Source of the DNA: Paraphysomonas bandaiensis
Taxonomy: Eukaryota > Protista > Chrysophyceae
NCBI GenBank assembly: GCA_965644295.1
Contig: CBFFRP010000298.1
Span: 434,001-498,000, forward strand
Direction: 5' to 3'
Length of the DNA stretch: 64,000 nucleotides
In this document: positions 13,765-25,771 of the stretch, piece by piece
How the letters are laid out: each line of letters begins with the position of its first letter
Numbering within the stretch: position 1 is the first letter of the stretch
Position numbers and translations under genes: made by a program
Notes under the pieces: model-generated
The model's input: the letters and a program-made list of their open reading frames with translations, nothing else
Databases searched by the model: none
Told to the model about the DNA's origin: nothing

Positions 13765-16171
13765 TCAATATCTCTTTTGAGTTAGACATGTGCGCGTCCA
13801 CGACTTCATGTCTATAGGATGGGAGTCTTCAGTGGCTTCGGTATTTTCTTTCCATATCTTGAGTGTTTTATCCGCCTCACATGTGATAAAGCGACTACAA
13901 AGGATACAACATGAGAACAAATACTTAGTAGGACTCACAAAGTCGTATGATCAATGTTGTACCTTCCAGATAGATCGAAGCACGAGGCGAATATTCCACT
14001 CTCGGCATCCAAGGACCCTGGGTAGAATCAATATTAGCTTACGCATAACATGGCTATATATAGGTGTAGAAAAAAGTTGGTTGAATAGCGTCTCCTACCT
14101 GGTTGCACTACTGTCTGTGTCTTCTGAAAGCAGTAACCGGAGTCATAGTCCCAGAAGTTAAGAGTACCATCATCACCCCCTGATACTAGCACACCGTCTT
14201 CGTTAATTGCCAGTGTGTTGATCACACTATTATGTCCAGATAAATTCTTCAGAAATCTAAAAATAATAACACACGTCAATAAAAGGTATGCCCTCAAGCT
14301 TATGTGAAGAAGTCGTGTTCGAATGAAATAACAAGTGATAGTAAGAAGTATAATAGAGCGTCACACGTACTTTCCATCTCTGCACTGCCATTTCTTCATG
14401 TTGTCAGCACTTGCCGACACAAAAGAAAATTCCTACAGTAGTACACAGTAAGAAACGTCATTCCGACATATGTACACAAATTATCATCTAGGAGTAGATA
14501 CAGCCAACCTACCCTTGGATTCACACAAACACTCCTGACTGCCTTCTTGTGGTGGGTGAGAGTGGTCATGGTTTTCCCCGCAGCGAGATCCCAAAGCTAT
14601 AAAATCACAACAATAAATATAAGACGCTCGAAGCGAGTTTTCACACAGTACACCGTATCCTGTGTAATACCCTGATTGCGAATACATGATGCCATACCTT
14701 GATGGTTGAATCGTGACTTCCAGTGATAACCTGAGGGTCGACCGTATTAGTGGCTATGGAGGCTACAGCCCCGCTATGTCCACCAAGCACCTGGATTTCG
14801 TGCTTTGTGCGAATATCCCACACCTAGACATAATATCAACATTTCTGTTACGACCATGTATACAACCTTCATATACTTACCCTAGCAACACAATCCCTCC
14901 CGCCAGTAACGAGAAGATCAAGCGTAGGGTGAATTTTGAGGTCAAAAACACCCGATAAGTGACCGTGATAATGCCGTACAACCTTATTTTGTTCGAGATC
15001 CCAACCTAAATAATCATTCAGTCTACTTAACTATACATTGGCTCATGATACTACATCAGTCCAACTGTTGCAAGAACGAATGATTCTACTATTGAGCATC
15101 GCTCATGTCATACTATTCATTCATAAGAGAAAAAACGGTACATAGATACGTACATTTAACCATCTTATCCTCTCCAGCAGAGAAGAGGTAAGGGTGCCGT
15201 GGGCTGACTGCGAGTCCCCTAATTGCACTGATATGGCCAGTGAGTGTCAGTTTCAGACCTCCTTCAGCGCCTGCACAGCACTTCGCCAGGTCCCAAATCT
15301 ATATCGATACAGCATGCATCAGTACTGAAGCTATTGACCAAAAATCACAGGGTATGGCATTGCATGCACGGCGTGTCGTAAATATGCTGCTTAATACAAG
15401 ACCTTAATCGTTCTATCAGCGGACCCAGTAGCGAACCATTCATTAGATGGGTCAAAGGCAATAGACCTCACCCATCCCAGATGACCGGATACCACTGCAG
15501 AAAGTTCCCAAGGGGCGTGCCACTGTGGTTTAGGAACTTTAGGAGGGGCACGACGAGCAACCATGGCAGTAGATTTCTAAAAAGAAAATAAGCAAATATC
15601 AACTATAATCTGATATATGAGTCATGCTTATACTTGCATAACACGTGCAATATATCACTCTATAATAATAATAGTATACTATAAGCCGATTTCAAAACTA
15701 ACCGCAAAATCAGCTGTAGAACTGTGCGCCACCAGAGCTTGTGCAGAGGTTGTTGTTCTCTCCTGTGCTGTGAGTTGTGCTGTTTCAGCAGCTTCACCAG
15801 GTTTATCCGTTAGAAGTAACATCTGAGGTGTTTCTACATGCAATAAATGAGTATAATTGTAATGTTATAGTGTAAAATAACAACATAAGGCACTTACCAT
15901 ACTGTGCTGTTGCACTCTTTATTGGCATTTTTGTCTCACTAATTTTATAATTAGCTGATAATTTCGCTGCACTTTTAATTGATCGACTACATAAATTTGA
16001 ATGATTAGATAGAGTGATATAAGAGGAGAGGGAAGGGGGGGAAGGGGATATATACCTGGGCTCATGAGGTCTTGGAACAAACGGATTGGAGTCAATGAAC
16101 ATGTCACGAGATCTCTCTATAGATTTAGATATCACCTCTTCAGGTGGGATTACAAATGCTGTATCTGTCAT
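13765..16171 (-). CDS. PLRG1: Pleiotropic regulator 1 / Prp46, WD40 spliceosome protein, multi-exon
   Basis: [88 protein letters not shown] and [15 protein letters not shown]. Confidence 0.95.
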
Positions 16172-17898
16172 ATGAATATAGTAAGAGGAATATTAGAGAT
16201 GTTTGTGTTAATATATATATATATATACTTATACTTGTGTTGGTGCTGTATATATATGTGTGTGTATAGATATGTAGACTGGTGTGTGTGTATACTGGTA
16301 TATGTACGAGTACATGCCACACATTACTACGAATATCGCGCTATTGTTTGCATGTAATACACGACGATTGTGCACTTGAGGCCCACACTCACAGCAATGC
16401 TGAGTGAGAAAAACTCCTACAATAGAGTTTTTATAGTAAAAACAGGGATTTATATATAAATACTGCCACTTTTATGCTAAAAACCTATATCGCGAGTGCG
16501 CTGTATGTATGTATACAATGCCGAATGCTCCCACAACCTATAGCAGTACTGTACTTTGTATACTATACCCAATAATTCGTATAGACAGAGCTGAAAGTGC
16601 CAAGATTAAATTAAACCCCCTATTTTCATACAAAAAAGGGAATTTTTGTACTTGCACTTCATACAAGTTGCATGCATCATACATACTGTACACACATGTA
16701 GCTAGCTGTGTAAGATATGCATATATCTACAGGAGGAGATCATGGTAATGCATTACATTCCTGAATAGGCTGAAATGAACACTATTAGAGAAATCATATC
16801 TTATCAATGTACAGTGTATGCATCCTTCATAACCTATAGATGAACACACACCAGTATGATCAGTAACTAACACATGCAGATCCATATATAGAGCATACAT
16901 ACATACTTATACACAGACAGTTCATACATACATACATGATATGCTTCTTTACAGTCTGTGTGTACTCACAAGTGACAGTTACTCATAACTGTGACCTCTG
17001 TCATACGATCACTATGATGATATCAATAGAGTTATATTCGACGTTGTGATGACGTGCTATATCTGAGTAAAGGAAAGGTCGCATGTATATGTGTTCGGAA
17101 ATTAAGCATAGTACTACGCACTACTAGCTATATAGTGTATAGGCACTGCTTGCATGCGCCAGTAACATTGCATTCTGCTTTGTACTGTGACCTCTATGCA
17201 AACATGCTAACGGCATTGCCATATCTGATAATTATTCCTTATTCAGGTCTAAAATTTACGACTCTTGCTAATTATCATATATGCAAGATACCTAATATAT
17301 AAGTAGCAGTACATTATAAGGCATTTATCATAAGGCAACTACCACTATAGATCATGATATATTCTTTTCTATAAGCTTTGTATTATGAAATGACGAGAGT
17401 AAATGATATGTAACATGAAAGTTCAATCACGAGCTTTTAAAATATTCTGTACTTCGGACTGTTCTGTAAGACTTAAGCAAACTCAGATCTCAGTGCCCTC
17501 TGCTTGCATATCTTTAGCACTATGCAACATCTATATGTTATAAAGCTGGTGCTTTAAACCCACATACAGATATAAGGTTCCAAATTCTGAACACTTTTAA
17601 TACGTGTCGAATAAACTGCCTAAGTGACAGTAGACGCAATACTTATTTCCACTTTAGTATTACGAAGTCATAACCACTTGATTTATAATTAGACTCTACT
17701 ACGATCGTAACTACTAACGTAATAAAGATGCTAGATTTCGATATGAAATTCTAGAACTCATATATCAAATAAACAAGAGTAGGAAGCTATGCCGTAAAAA
17801 AACAAGCCAATACATCTAATGTAAATTAGAATTCTATATCTAGTGAATGTACCAGTTTTGTGTCAATATGACTATAGTACATCCTCACACATAATCGA

Positions 17899-19659
17899 TC
17901 AATTCGTGTACTTATCCAATTCTTCTTTGTGGCGCTTAAAGAAATTACTGACATCCTCAACAATTAAATCTTCACTTTCTCTGATGTCCACCGAATTTCC
18001 CACTGCACTAGGACGAGAAATCTCAGACTGCATTGGATACTCCTGCTGCTGTGAATTGGTAATCACAGTCGAATCTACTGGGCATACTTGTGTGTGCATT
18101 TGTTTTTTCTTATCAAGGAACATTCCACTTTCCATCTGTTCCACTGGGATAACAGCAGATTTGGACCCACTCCGCAAGTATGCCAATAATAGGAACATAC
18201 AGACCGCTACGAAGAGCACCAAAACTACAAGTATAACAAAAATACAGATAGCGAGAGTCGTGTTCATTTCAACATAACTCTTTTCAATATTCCGGGTGAA
18301 TATTAAATTATTCCCATCACTTGTTGGTATCGGTGACACCAATGATATTGATGGCTGTATGTAGCCATTTTCACTAGGTATACTGGATGGTTTACTTGAT
18401 GGCTCTCCTTTGAATACTCCAAACGGCTCACCAGTCGGAACTCCACTTGGAACTTCAGATAGCTCACTTGAAGGTTGGCTTGTAGGTTCTCTAGTAGGCG
18501 CTCCAGATGGTTCACTTGACGGAACTCCACTTGGAACTTCAGATGGTTCACTTGACGGAACACCACTTGGAACTTCAGATGGCTCACTTGAAGGTTGGCT
18601 TGTAGGTTCTCTAGTAGGCGCTTCAGATGGTTCACTTGACGGAACACCACTTGGAACTTCAGATGGTTCACTTGAAGGTTGGCTTGTAGGTTCTCTAGTG
18701 GGCGCTCCAGATGGTGAAAGATCCAACAACCCCCACACATCGGAGTGTGAATTTCCTCCAAGTACCCACACACGATTGTTGTAAACCATACTACTATGTC
18801 GATAGCGAGGAGTCCAGGATATTGAAAATGAGGCTTCTGCCCAGTTCACGCCATCAGAGGAGTACCACATATCATCAAACGTATAGGGATAACCATATCC
18901 CCCAATCACCCACATAAGATCGTGGTATACCTCACACGTGTGGAAATAACGACCAAGCCACTCTGCTGCTGATGTGACTCGTTTCCAAGTGATGCCATCA
19001 GATGAACTGTAGACGTCCCTGTAATATGTCGCACCTCCTACGACATACCTACCCCCTAGTACCCACATTAGGTCGTTGTACACCAATGCCTTATGTGCCT
19101 CACGGATTGACCACACAGACAATATAACGACTTCATACCAGTTCACCCCGTCTGCTGATTTCCAAATATCATTTCGGTATGTACTGAACATGTCACGCCC
19201 GCCCATAACCCACATATGGTCTTTGTATACCGTGCTTGCATGGGAATATCTCGGTGTCCAGGCTGCTGAATAAATAGCTTCTGTCCAATTTTCACCATCC
19301 GTGGAGTACCACACATCATTATGATATGCAGAACCGGAATACCCCCCCATTATCCACATAGCATCATGAAAGACAACACTCGTATGAAACATTCTGGCAG
19401 ACCATGCTGCAACAGGTGTGACTTGAGTCCAATTGATTCCATTATTAGAGCTCCACACATCATTTTTATATCCACCAGCATGTCCACCTATGATCCACAT
19501 GAGATCGTTGTAGGCTACGGTAGTAAAGCTTTGGCGATTGCCTTCAGGTAAAGTTGATGTAGCCTCCTCCCATATAGATAGAGTCGTATATGTGGTCCCT
19601 GATGCTGGATATGCACATAGAAGCAATATGATTGCATGTGCATGAGATATTTGTATCAT
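17899..19659 (-). CDS. Type I membrane protein: signal peptide, about 6 Kelch/Asp-box repeats (beta-propeller), Pro/Ser/Thr stalk, TM helix; intronless
   Basis: Repeat W-x-x-R-x-x-H...MWxxGG...NDVWxSxDGxxW, then PSSEPS/PTSQPS repeats and the hydrophobic segment LAICIFVILVVLVLFVAVCMFLLLAYL. Confidence 0.82.
   Translation of the reverse strand: MIQISHAHAIILLLCAYPASGTTYTTLSIWEEATSTLPEGNRQSFTTVAYNDLMWIIGGHAGGYKNDVWSSNNGINWTQVTPVAAWSARMFHTSVVFHDAMWIMGGYSGSAYHNDVWYSTDGENWTEAIYSAAWTPRYSHASTVYKDHMWVMGGRDMFSTYRNDIWKSADGVNWYEVVILSVWSIREAHKALVYNDLMWVLGGRYVVGGATYYRDVYSSSDGITWKRVTSAAEWLGRYFHTCEVYHDLMWVIGGYGYPYTFDDMWYSSDGVNWAEASFSISWTPRYRHSSMVYNNRVWVLGGNSHSDVWGLLDLSPSGAPTREPTSQPSSEPSEVPSGVPSSEPSEAPTREPTSQPSSEPSEVPSGVPSSEPSEVPSGVPSSEPSGAPTREPTSQPSSELSEVPSGVPTGEPFGVFKGEPSSKPSSIPSENGYIQPSISLVSPIPTSDGNNLIFTRNIEKSYVEMNTTLAICIFVILVVLVLFVAVCMFLLLAYLRSGSKSAVIPVEQMESGMFLDKKKQMHTQVCPVDSTVITNSQQQEYPMQSEISRPSAVGNSVDIRESEDLIVEDVSNFFKRHKEELDKYTN
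18420..18710 (-). repeat. Coding tandem repeats built from 12-bp units (PSSE/PTRE/PSGV) forming the stalk
   Basis: Near-identical blocks such as TCACTTGAAGGTTGGCTTGTAGGTTCTCTAGT occur three times. Confidence 0.85.
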
Positions 19660-21012
19660 GGAATCCGTAATAGTGACTTCCGTTTAAATAGTAGTTAGTT
19701 TATCTAATACTTGATGCATGATGTTGCCATGAATCCTATGTGCTCGTGTACAATATTGTACACATGGTATTATACATGTACGATATACAGCAGTACAATG
19801 ATACTGCTGTCGTACAGAGTACTGTGTAAGCAAAATCCTGTTCAGCATTTTTAACCACCCAAAATTCAAAATTGTCTATAAAATTTCTTTTACTGTGTCA
19901 CTTTTGTCACGTAAAAATGAATCTCGAATCCGAATCTGAATTATTTTTTTACATTTATATGTACATTATTTGTATGATGCATATAAAAAAAGGGTATTTT
20001 GAACCTAAATTTCTTCAGAAATCTTCGTAATTTTCTTGAAATCAGACATGTGGGACATAGATGTACATACGATAGTACACTGTACCCTTCTGTATGATGA
20101 CTTAACTGCATTCCATACTACTCATATACCTTAACTATCTACCCTCACAGCTAACTCAGAGTTTGATAGTGTACTATGAGCGTGAGCACTTGTTTTGCTA
20201 ACATCTACAAGGTTTGTGTGCTGCAATGACTACACCCTGCGGGACATAAGAAAAAACAAACATTGATTTGTCTGTAAGCTGCATTGGGTGAGCTCTTTGT
20301 CATGTTCGCCTAACTAGGTATGAAAAACACATTACGTACAGAATGCTGCATTGAATACCCGACATACTGCATGTTGCATGTAATACCCGACAGGAAAATA
20401 ATTATTCTACTACATGGAGTGAGGAGGTAGAGAAGTGTATGGTGTACCTGGTAGAGTATTGCTAATACAGAACTTCCTACACTGGAGCATCCGTAGTTGC
20501 TGAACATGTCTCCCACAATAACATCTCGAATTCCTTATCAGAGCAATAAGCAAAGTATCAGTTTCAGATGAGAGCTGTCAAGTGAGTTACGATTCCCCCC
20601 ACCAGTAGAAAATTATTTATTCGACGAATTGACTGACAATAAACACGAAGTCAACCTTAAAATTAATTTGTGGTGAGGTTTTCCATCTACTTGGTAGTAC
20701 ACCATATTCATTTAGATAACTAATAAAGCATTTTTACGACATTGAATAATACAAAGCAACGCAAGTATTTCAGCTGTCATCGTAGAGTATTAAAATAACG
20801 TATCATATTGATAATGTCTTTTGAATTACATCGCATAAATAATGATTACTATCATCCCGACAAATTATTATTGGCCAGTAGGGCGATAGCTATGAGCTTG
20901 ACGTACTAGTCGATCACAGGTATTAGCACGATAGCTATGACCTACAAAGAGACAATTGGTAGTAGAAACAGCGCAGGTCAAAATACCATTTGAACTACGA
21001 TTTTATCAGTAC

Positions 21013-22468
21013 TTAATCCAATAGCAAGGAGAACACAGTAGCTGTAACAGCCTGAGTCTGAAGTGTCAACTGATCAGTATTCAGGTTCTCCAGCAAGTCT
21101 GTGGTCTTATGGTAAGAAGGGTAGGCAGTAGCCGAGTTTCCACTTTCAAAGAATCCTACGGACGGGTAACCGTTTTCGTAGAAGGACTGTTGATCCGAAC
21201 AACAAGCCCCAGTGTCAACAGTCGGTAAAGAAGGGACATATACAGCAGTCAATTCCTTAGCGTAACTTGTAAGCTCTGGGGACATAGAGCGATCCATGAA
21301 GCCTTGTTGCACTTCTGGGGTCGACTGGTAGCCCAGCATATCCGCATTCGCCATAGCGTATATGTTTTCTCCTTGCTCAGCCCACATGGACGCCAATGCA
21401 CGGCTGCCCAACAGACCTTGTTCCTCTCCTGTAAAGAGACATAGACGCAGGCCACGGTTCAAACTCAGCTGTGCAGAGTGGATAAGTCGAGCAATCTCCA
21501 ATATGCACGCTGAGCCGGTACCGTTGTCATCAGCCCCTGAAAAATAAAATTAGATTCATAACAAAACAAGATATTAGTGTGTTTTTAATACATTGCGCAT
21601 TCAAATTTTACTTTATTTAATACGAGATACAAATATCAGGGACAACATATTTCTGACACATACCTGGAGCCCTGTCTGTGCCAGATGTTGAGTCCTCAGA
21701 GCGTGAATCCAAATGGGCACCAGCCACAACAAATTCAGTTGCATCTGCATATGGTTCCCATGTAGCAATAATATTTGGAGCAATAGTCGGGAGAAATTTT
21801 TGGTAAGAAATCGTGAACCCCATAGACTCGAGTTCTGATACCACATATGCCTCAGCAGTGTATAGAGTGTCGGAATAGGAGTTGCGACTGTTAATCTCCT
21901 GCAATGTTTCGACCGTCTTTATAAGATTTTCTTTAGAAACAGAGTCAACTGCGTGTTGTACGTCTGGGTTTGCTTGAATATCACGTGCTGTCCATATCTG
22001 TGTTTGTTTCGGGGAGAGAGCTGGAGGGCTTACACTGTGAGAAGGAACAGGTATGATCGCAGTATCCTGTGCCGCTCCGCATCCATCCAATCCAGTAATA
22101 TTAGGTAGCAATGTTCCTCCACTAGCAACAAGAGATAAGCCTCTTTCATAGTATACTTTCTGACCGGCAGATACCAAATCTGACTTTGTCTTTGCTACAG
22201 CTTCCTCATTGGGCTCTTCAATGACCCATAATCCATCATCTCCAAGATGATGTTCAAGGAATACTTCACATCCTTTTATATCATCTGTATGTTCTTCAAC
22301 AAATAAAGAAAATTCCTTGAATTGTCCTCGGAATGATATACCAGATACATGAGAGTGTTGGTTGAGATCGACACCGAGTTTAGTGCTAGGCTCTGCGCAC
22401 CAGAAGCCATTCTCACGGCCAAGAGCTTGACCTAAAATAGAGGCTATTAAGGCGGTTGAAAATTTCAT
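21013..22468 (-). CDS. Secreted M28-family zinc aminopeptidase, 2 exons
   Basis: Signal peptide MKFSTALIASILGQALG. Zinc-ligand motifs GAHLDS, APGADDNGTG (spliced), GEEQGLLGS, ADMLG and YHKTTD. Confidence 0.9.
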
Positions 22469-22560
22469 AAGTGGATAGGGGGTGTAGAATGATCACTAGA
22501 TAGATAGATAGATAGATGTGAGCGAGGAGAGTTAAGAGGTGTGGGTATACTATACTGCTG

Positions 22561-22908
22561 TACATACCTACCTACCTACCTACCTACATACATACATACA
22601 ATCATACATACATGCATACATACATACATACATACATACATACATACATACATACATACATACATACATACATACATACATACATACATACATACATACA
22701 TACATACATACATACATACATACATACATACATACATACATACATACATACATACATACATACATACATACATACATACATACATACATACATACATACA
22801 TACATACATACATACATACATACATACATACATACATACATACATACATACATACATACATACATACATACATACATACATACATACATACATACATACA
22901 TACATACA

Positions 22909-22937
<29 letters not shown>
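22561..22937. repeat. (TACA)n tetranucleotide microsatellite
   Basis: About 320 bp of perfect TACA with a degenerate TACC lead-in. Confidence 0.98.
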
Positions 22938-22942
<5 letters not shown>

Positions 22943-23181
22943 CACGGACTACTCTCTGTATATAACTGGCCCAGAATGATTCTGTGTACTGTACATATGT
23001 ACTTCATTCGTATTTGAATTCTAGATGCTGTGTAGAGTATGTATGTACAGCAGTGTATGTATGTATGGTATTGTGGTGTGTGATCACACAGCAGTCCAGC
23101 CCATCTCATATATAACTATAATCACATACCACAACACATACATACATCCACATCACACTATACATTCCCGCAGTTGGCATA

Positions 23182-24844
23182 ATGACCAACAGAAAGCGGA
23201 GTTTTAATACAACAGATCACAGTGTATCAAATGGACCTGAATTAAAGAGACCAGCAGTGGATAATCAACACCCCTCGAAAGGTAATAGAAACCGATCACG
23301 TTCATACTCTACACGCAGTGAGAGTGAACATGATGATTCCATTGGACATTATTTAGGAAGTCGTGGGGACAGTATAGTTAATCGATGTGTGTGGCACTGC
23401 TATTCACTCATAAGGAACGTACTGATATGTTATGTTATATGAAGATGTTATATGTAAAGAGATTGGATTGGGAACCTTCGGGAAAGTCTTTAAATGTCGG
23501 GATAAAAAATATGACGACATTGTTGCGGTCAAAGTTGTGCGTGGCGTGAAGAAGTACGTGGAGTCGGCGAGGATTGAGGCTGACATTCTTGGGCATGTCT
23601 ACGACAGACAGAAGGAAGTCGGGGCTAATTGCTGTGTGAAGCTCTATTCTCACTTTTCATTTGATGGTAAAGTGTTTGGGTTTGTGGTTGCTTGTGTTCA
23701 CGGTAGCACTGCTCTGCGTTCGTGCATCTTTCTGCTGTCTCGAAGGCTTTTACTGTCTAGTCACTGAGAAGCTGGGGCTGTCGTTGTATGACTTCTTGAA
23801 ATTGAACAATTACCGGGGCATGAAGATGCGCGATATTCAGCATATATCACGGTGTGTACGTTACTTAATTTATATCTTAGAGCTCACATTTTTGGAATAG
23901 GCAATTGCTGGAGACTCTGGATTTTCTACGATCGATGAAACTTATACACACAGGTGGTCGTTGCTTCCAATGATTACCATTTTTTATCGGTAGTGTGCTA
24001 TTTGCTCACAGATCTCAAGGTGGAGAATATACTGTTCGTTGATGGATGCAACCGCAAGACGAAGGATGGGTCGTATCTCCCCACCTCCACCCGCATCAAG
24101 AGTGAGTGCTCTGACGAAGCAATTGCTGATGCGTTTATACTCTTTCACTCGGTGCAGTCATAGACTTCGGTGGTGCCACCTACGATGACGAGCATAAGAG
24201 CACCATAATTAATACTCGCCAATATAGAGGCCCAGAAGTCACTCTAGAACTCGGATGGTCCTATCCATCTGACGCCTGGAGTGCCGGGTGCATTATTGGG
24301 GAGATATATGCGGGCGAGCTATTCTTTCAGACGGTGGGATCACTAGCTCGTATTTGCCTTATTTCTTGATAATTTTCTCCACAGCATGACAGTCTGGAGC
24401 ATTTGGCTCTCATGGAACGGTGTATCGGAAGATTTCCCCATTGGATGGCCCGTGATTCCCCTGTCAAGGACGGTTTTTTCAACAGGTAACACTTGCCGTC
24501 CTGCACCTCCGAGGAAAAGCCTTTACTGACTATAGGAGGGGCGATGTGCGGTGGCGCGAGGGTCTTCCTCGTTGCAACAAGAAACATATCGAGAAGATGC
24601 CTACTATCAGAGTATGTGTATGCAGACAGGTGATACAGTCTAATTCAAACCGTAGGAGTATTTCGCTGAGTCGAGATCTCGCCCTGATAGAACTGGAATT
24701 GCAGACCTCGTCTTGGGACTTCTTAAACTAGATCCTATGGAAAGGTATTCACATATTAGTTGTAATTCTTTCATATTCTGATCGTTCCGTAGACTCAAGC
24801 CGAAACAAGCCCTAGCAATGCCTTTTTTCTCGCGCTCATTATGA
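23182..24844 (+). CDS. LAMMER/CLK-family dual-specificity protein kinase, multi-exon
   Basis: [56 protein letters not shown] and LEHLALMER (LAMMER-like). Confidence 0.92.
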
Positions 24845-25489
24845 TATACAAATACGATACCCATACCGTGTATCCCTACCTTGACAGGTTCTTAAATATG
24901 GCGTGATGAAAGGAATGTTTTATTTGTTCTACAAGATAACATAATTATTAATATATGGTGTGAGAATAAGTATCATATACCGTACGGTATCAACTTTTGA
25001 CATTTTGGATGGGTAAACTTATATAGCTGAACGTTGAAATCACGTAATAATCATTTGTAAAGTTATAAACTACATCTCTCATCATTCATTGTCATCAACT
25101 GTATTTATATTCTCTCAACTCCCTATTAATAGTGTCAGATCTTAAATAGATATGTTATTATACTGTCAAAGTATTTCCGTTTGTCTAACGTAATTAATGT
25201 ACAATAGTTTTCAACTACTGTGCGTATTCTTAAACTAACGTCATAATGAGCGTTCTGCTGAGCCCAATTCAGACCAAGAAACACTTTTTGAGACACAATC
25301 GGGGTAAAATATATTAAATCAAATTTAAAAATATGTTCAGCCTCAGTCAGTAGTATCTATTACCAAAAGGTCGGGGTAAATATTCACGTTTGGTATTACC
25401 CCGACATTATGTGACGATGCTATCAACTACCAATATATCAAGGATTGGAAACCATATAGAGCATTTACAGAATAATCAGTATTTTAACA

Positions 25490-25512
25490 CAATATATTAT
25501 TCCCTAACCCTG
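25490..25512. mobile_element. Solo degenerate TIR of the same hAT family as 10259-11133
   Basis: CAATATATTATTCCCTAACCCTG matches the right TIR CAATATATTGTTCCCTATCCCTG at 21 of 23 positions. Confidence 0.6.
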
Positions 25513-25771
25513 TATCTGTGAAGTACATACTTTTGATCACGAATTGATTACACACGATTGAGCTAGGTACATGTCATGTGTAATTTCGTCGATACAAGGA
25601 TGCACACAATGTACTCCGTTATTCCATACTTGTGATAACAATACTATTGCCCAACACGGTATTATCCAGATCACATATCATAGTTCTTAAATACTTAGTT
25701 TATAATACAAGCACCAGACTATTACATAGAAAAAACTAAGAGAGCAGTCTGAACAAATTGGCATACATACG

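Noticed and set aside
22539-23109. ORFs encoding (YIHT)n / (MYVC)n
   Set aside because: These are translations of the TACA microsatellite, not proteins. The same applies to the ORFs at 33042-33689 and 47193-47543.
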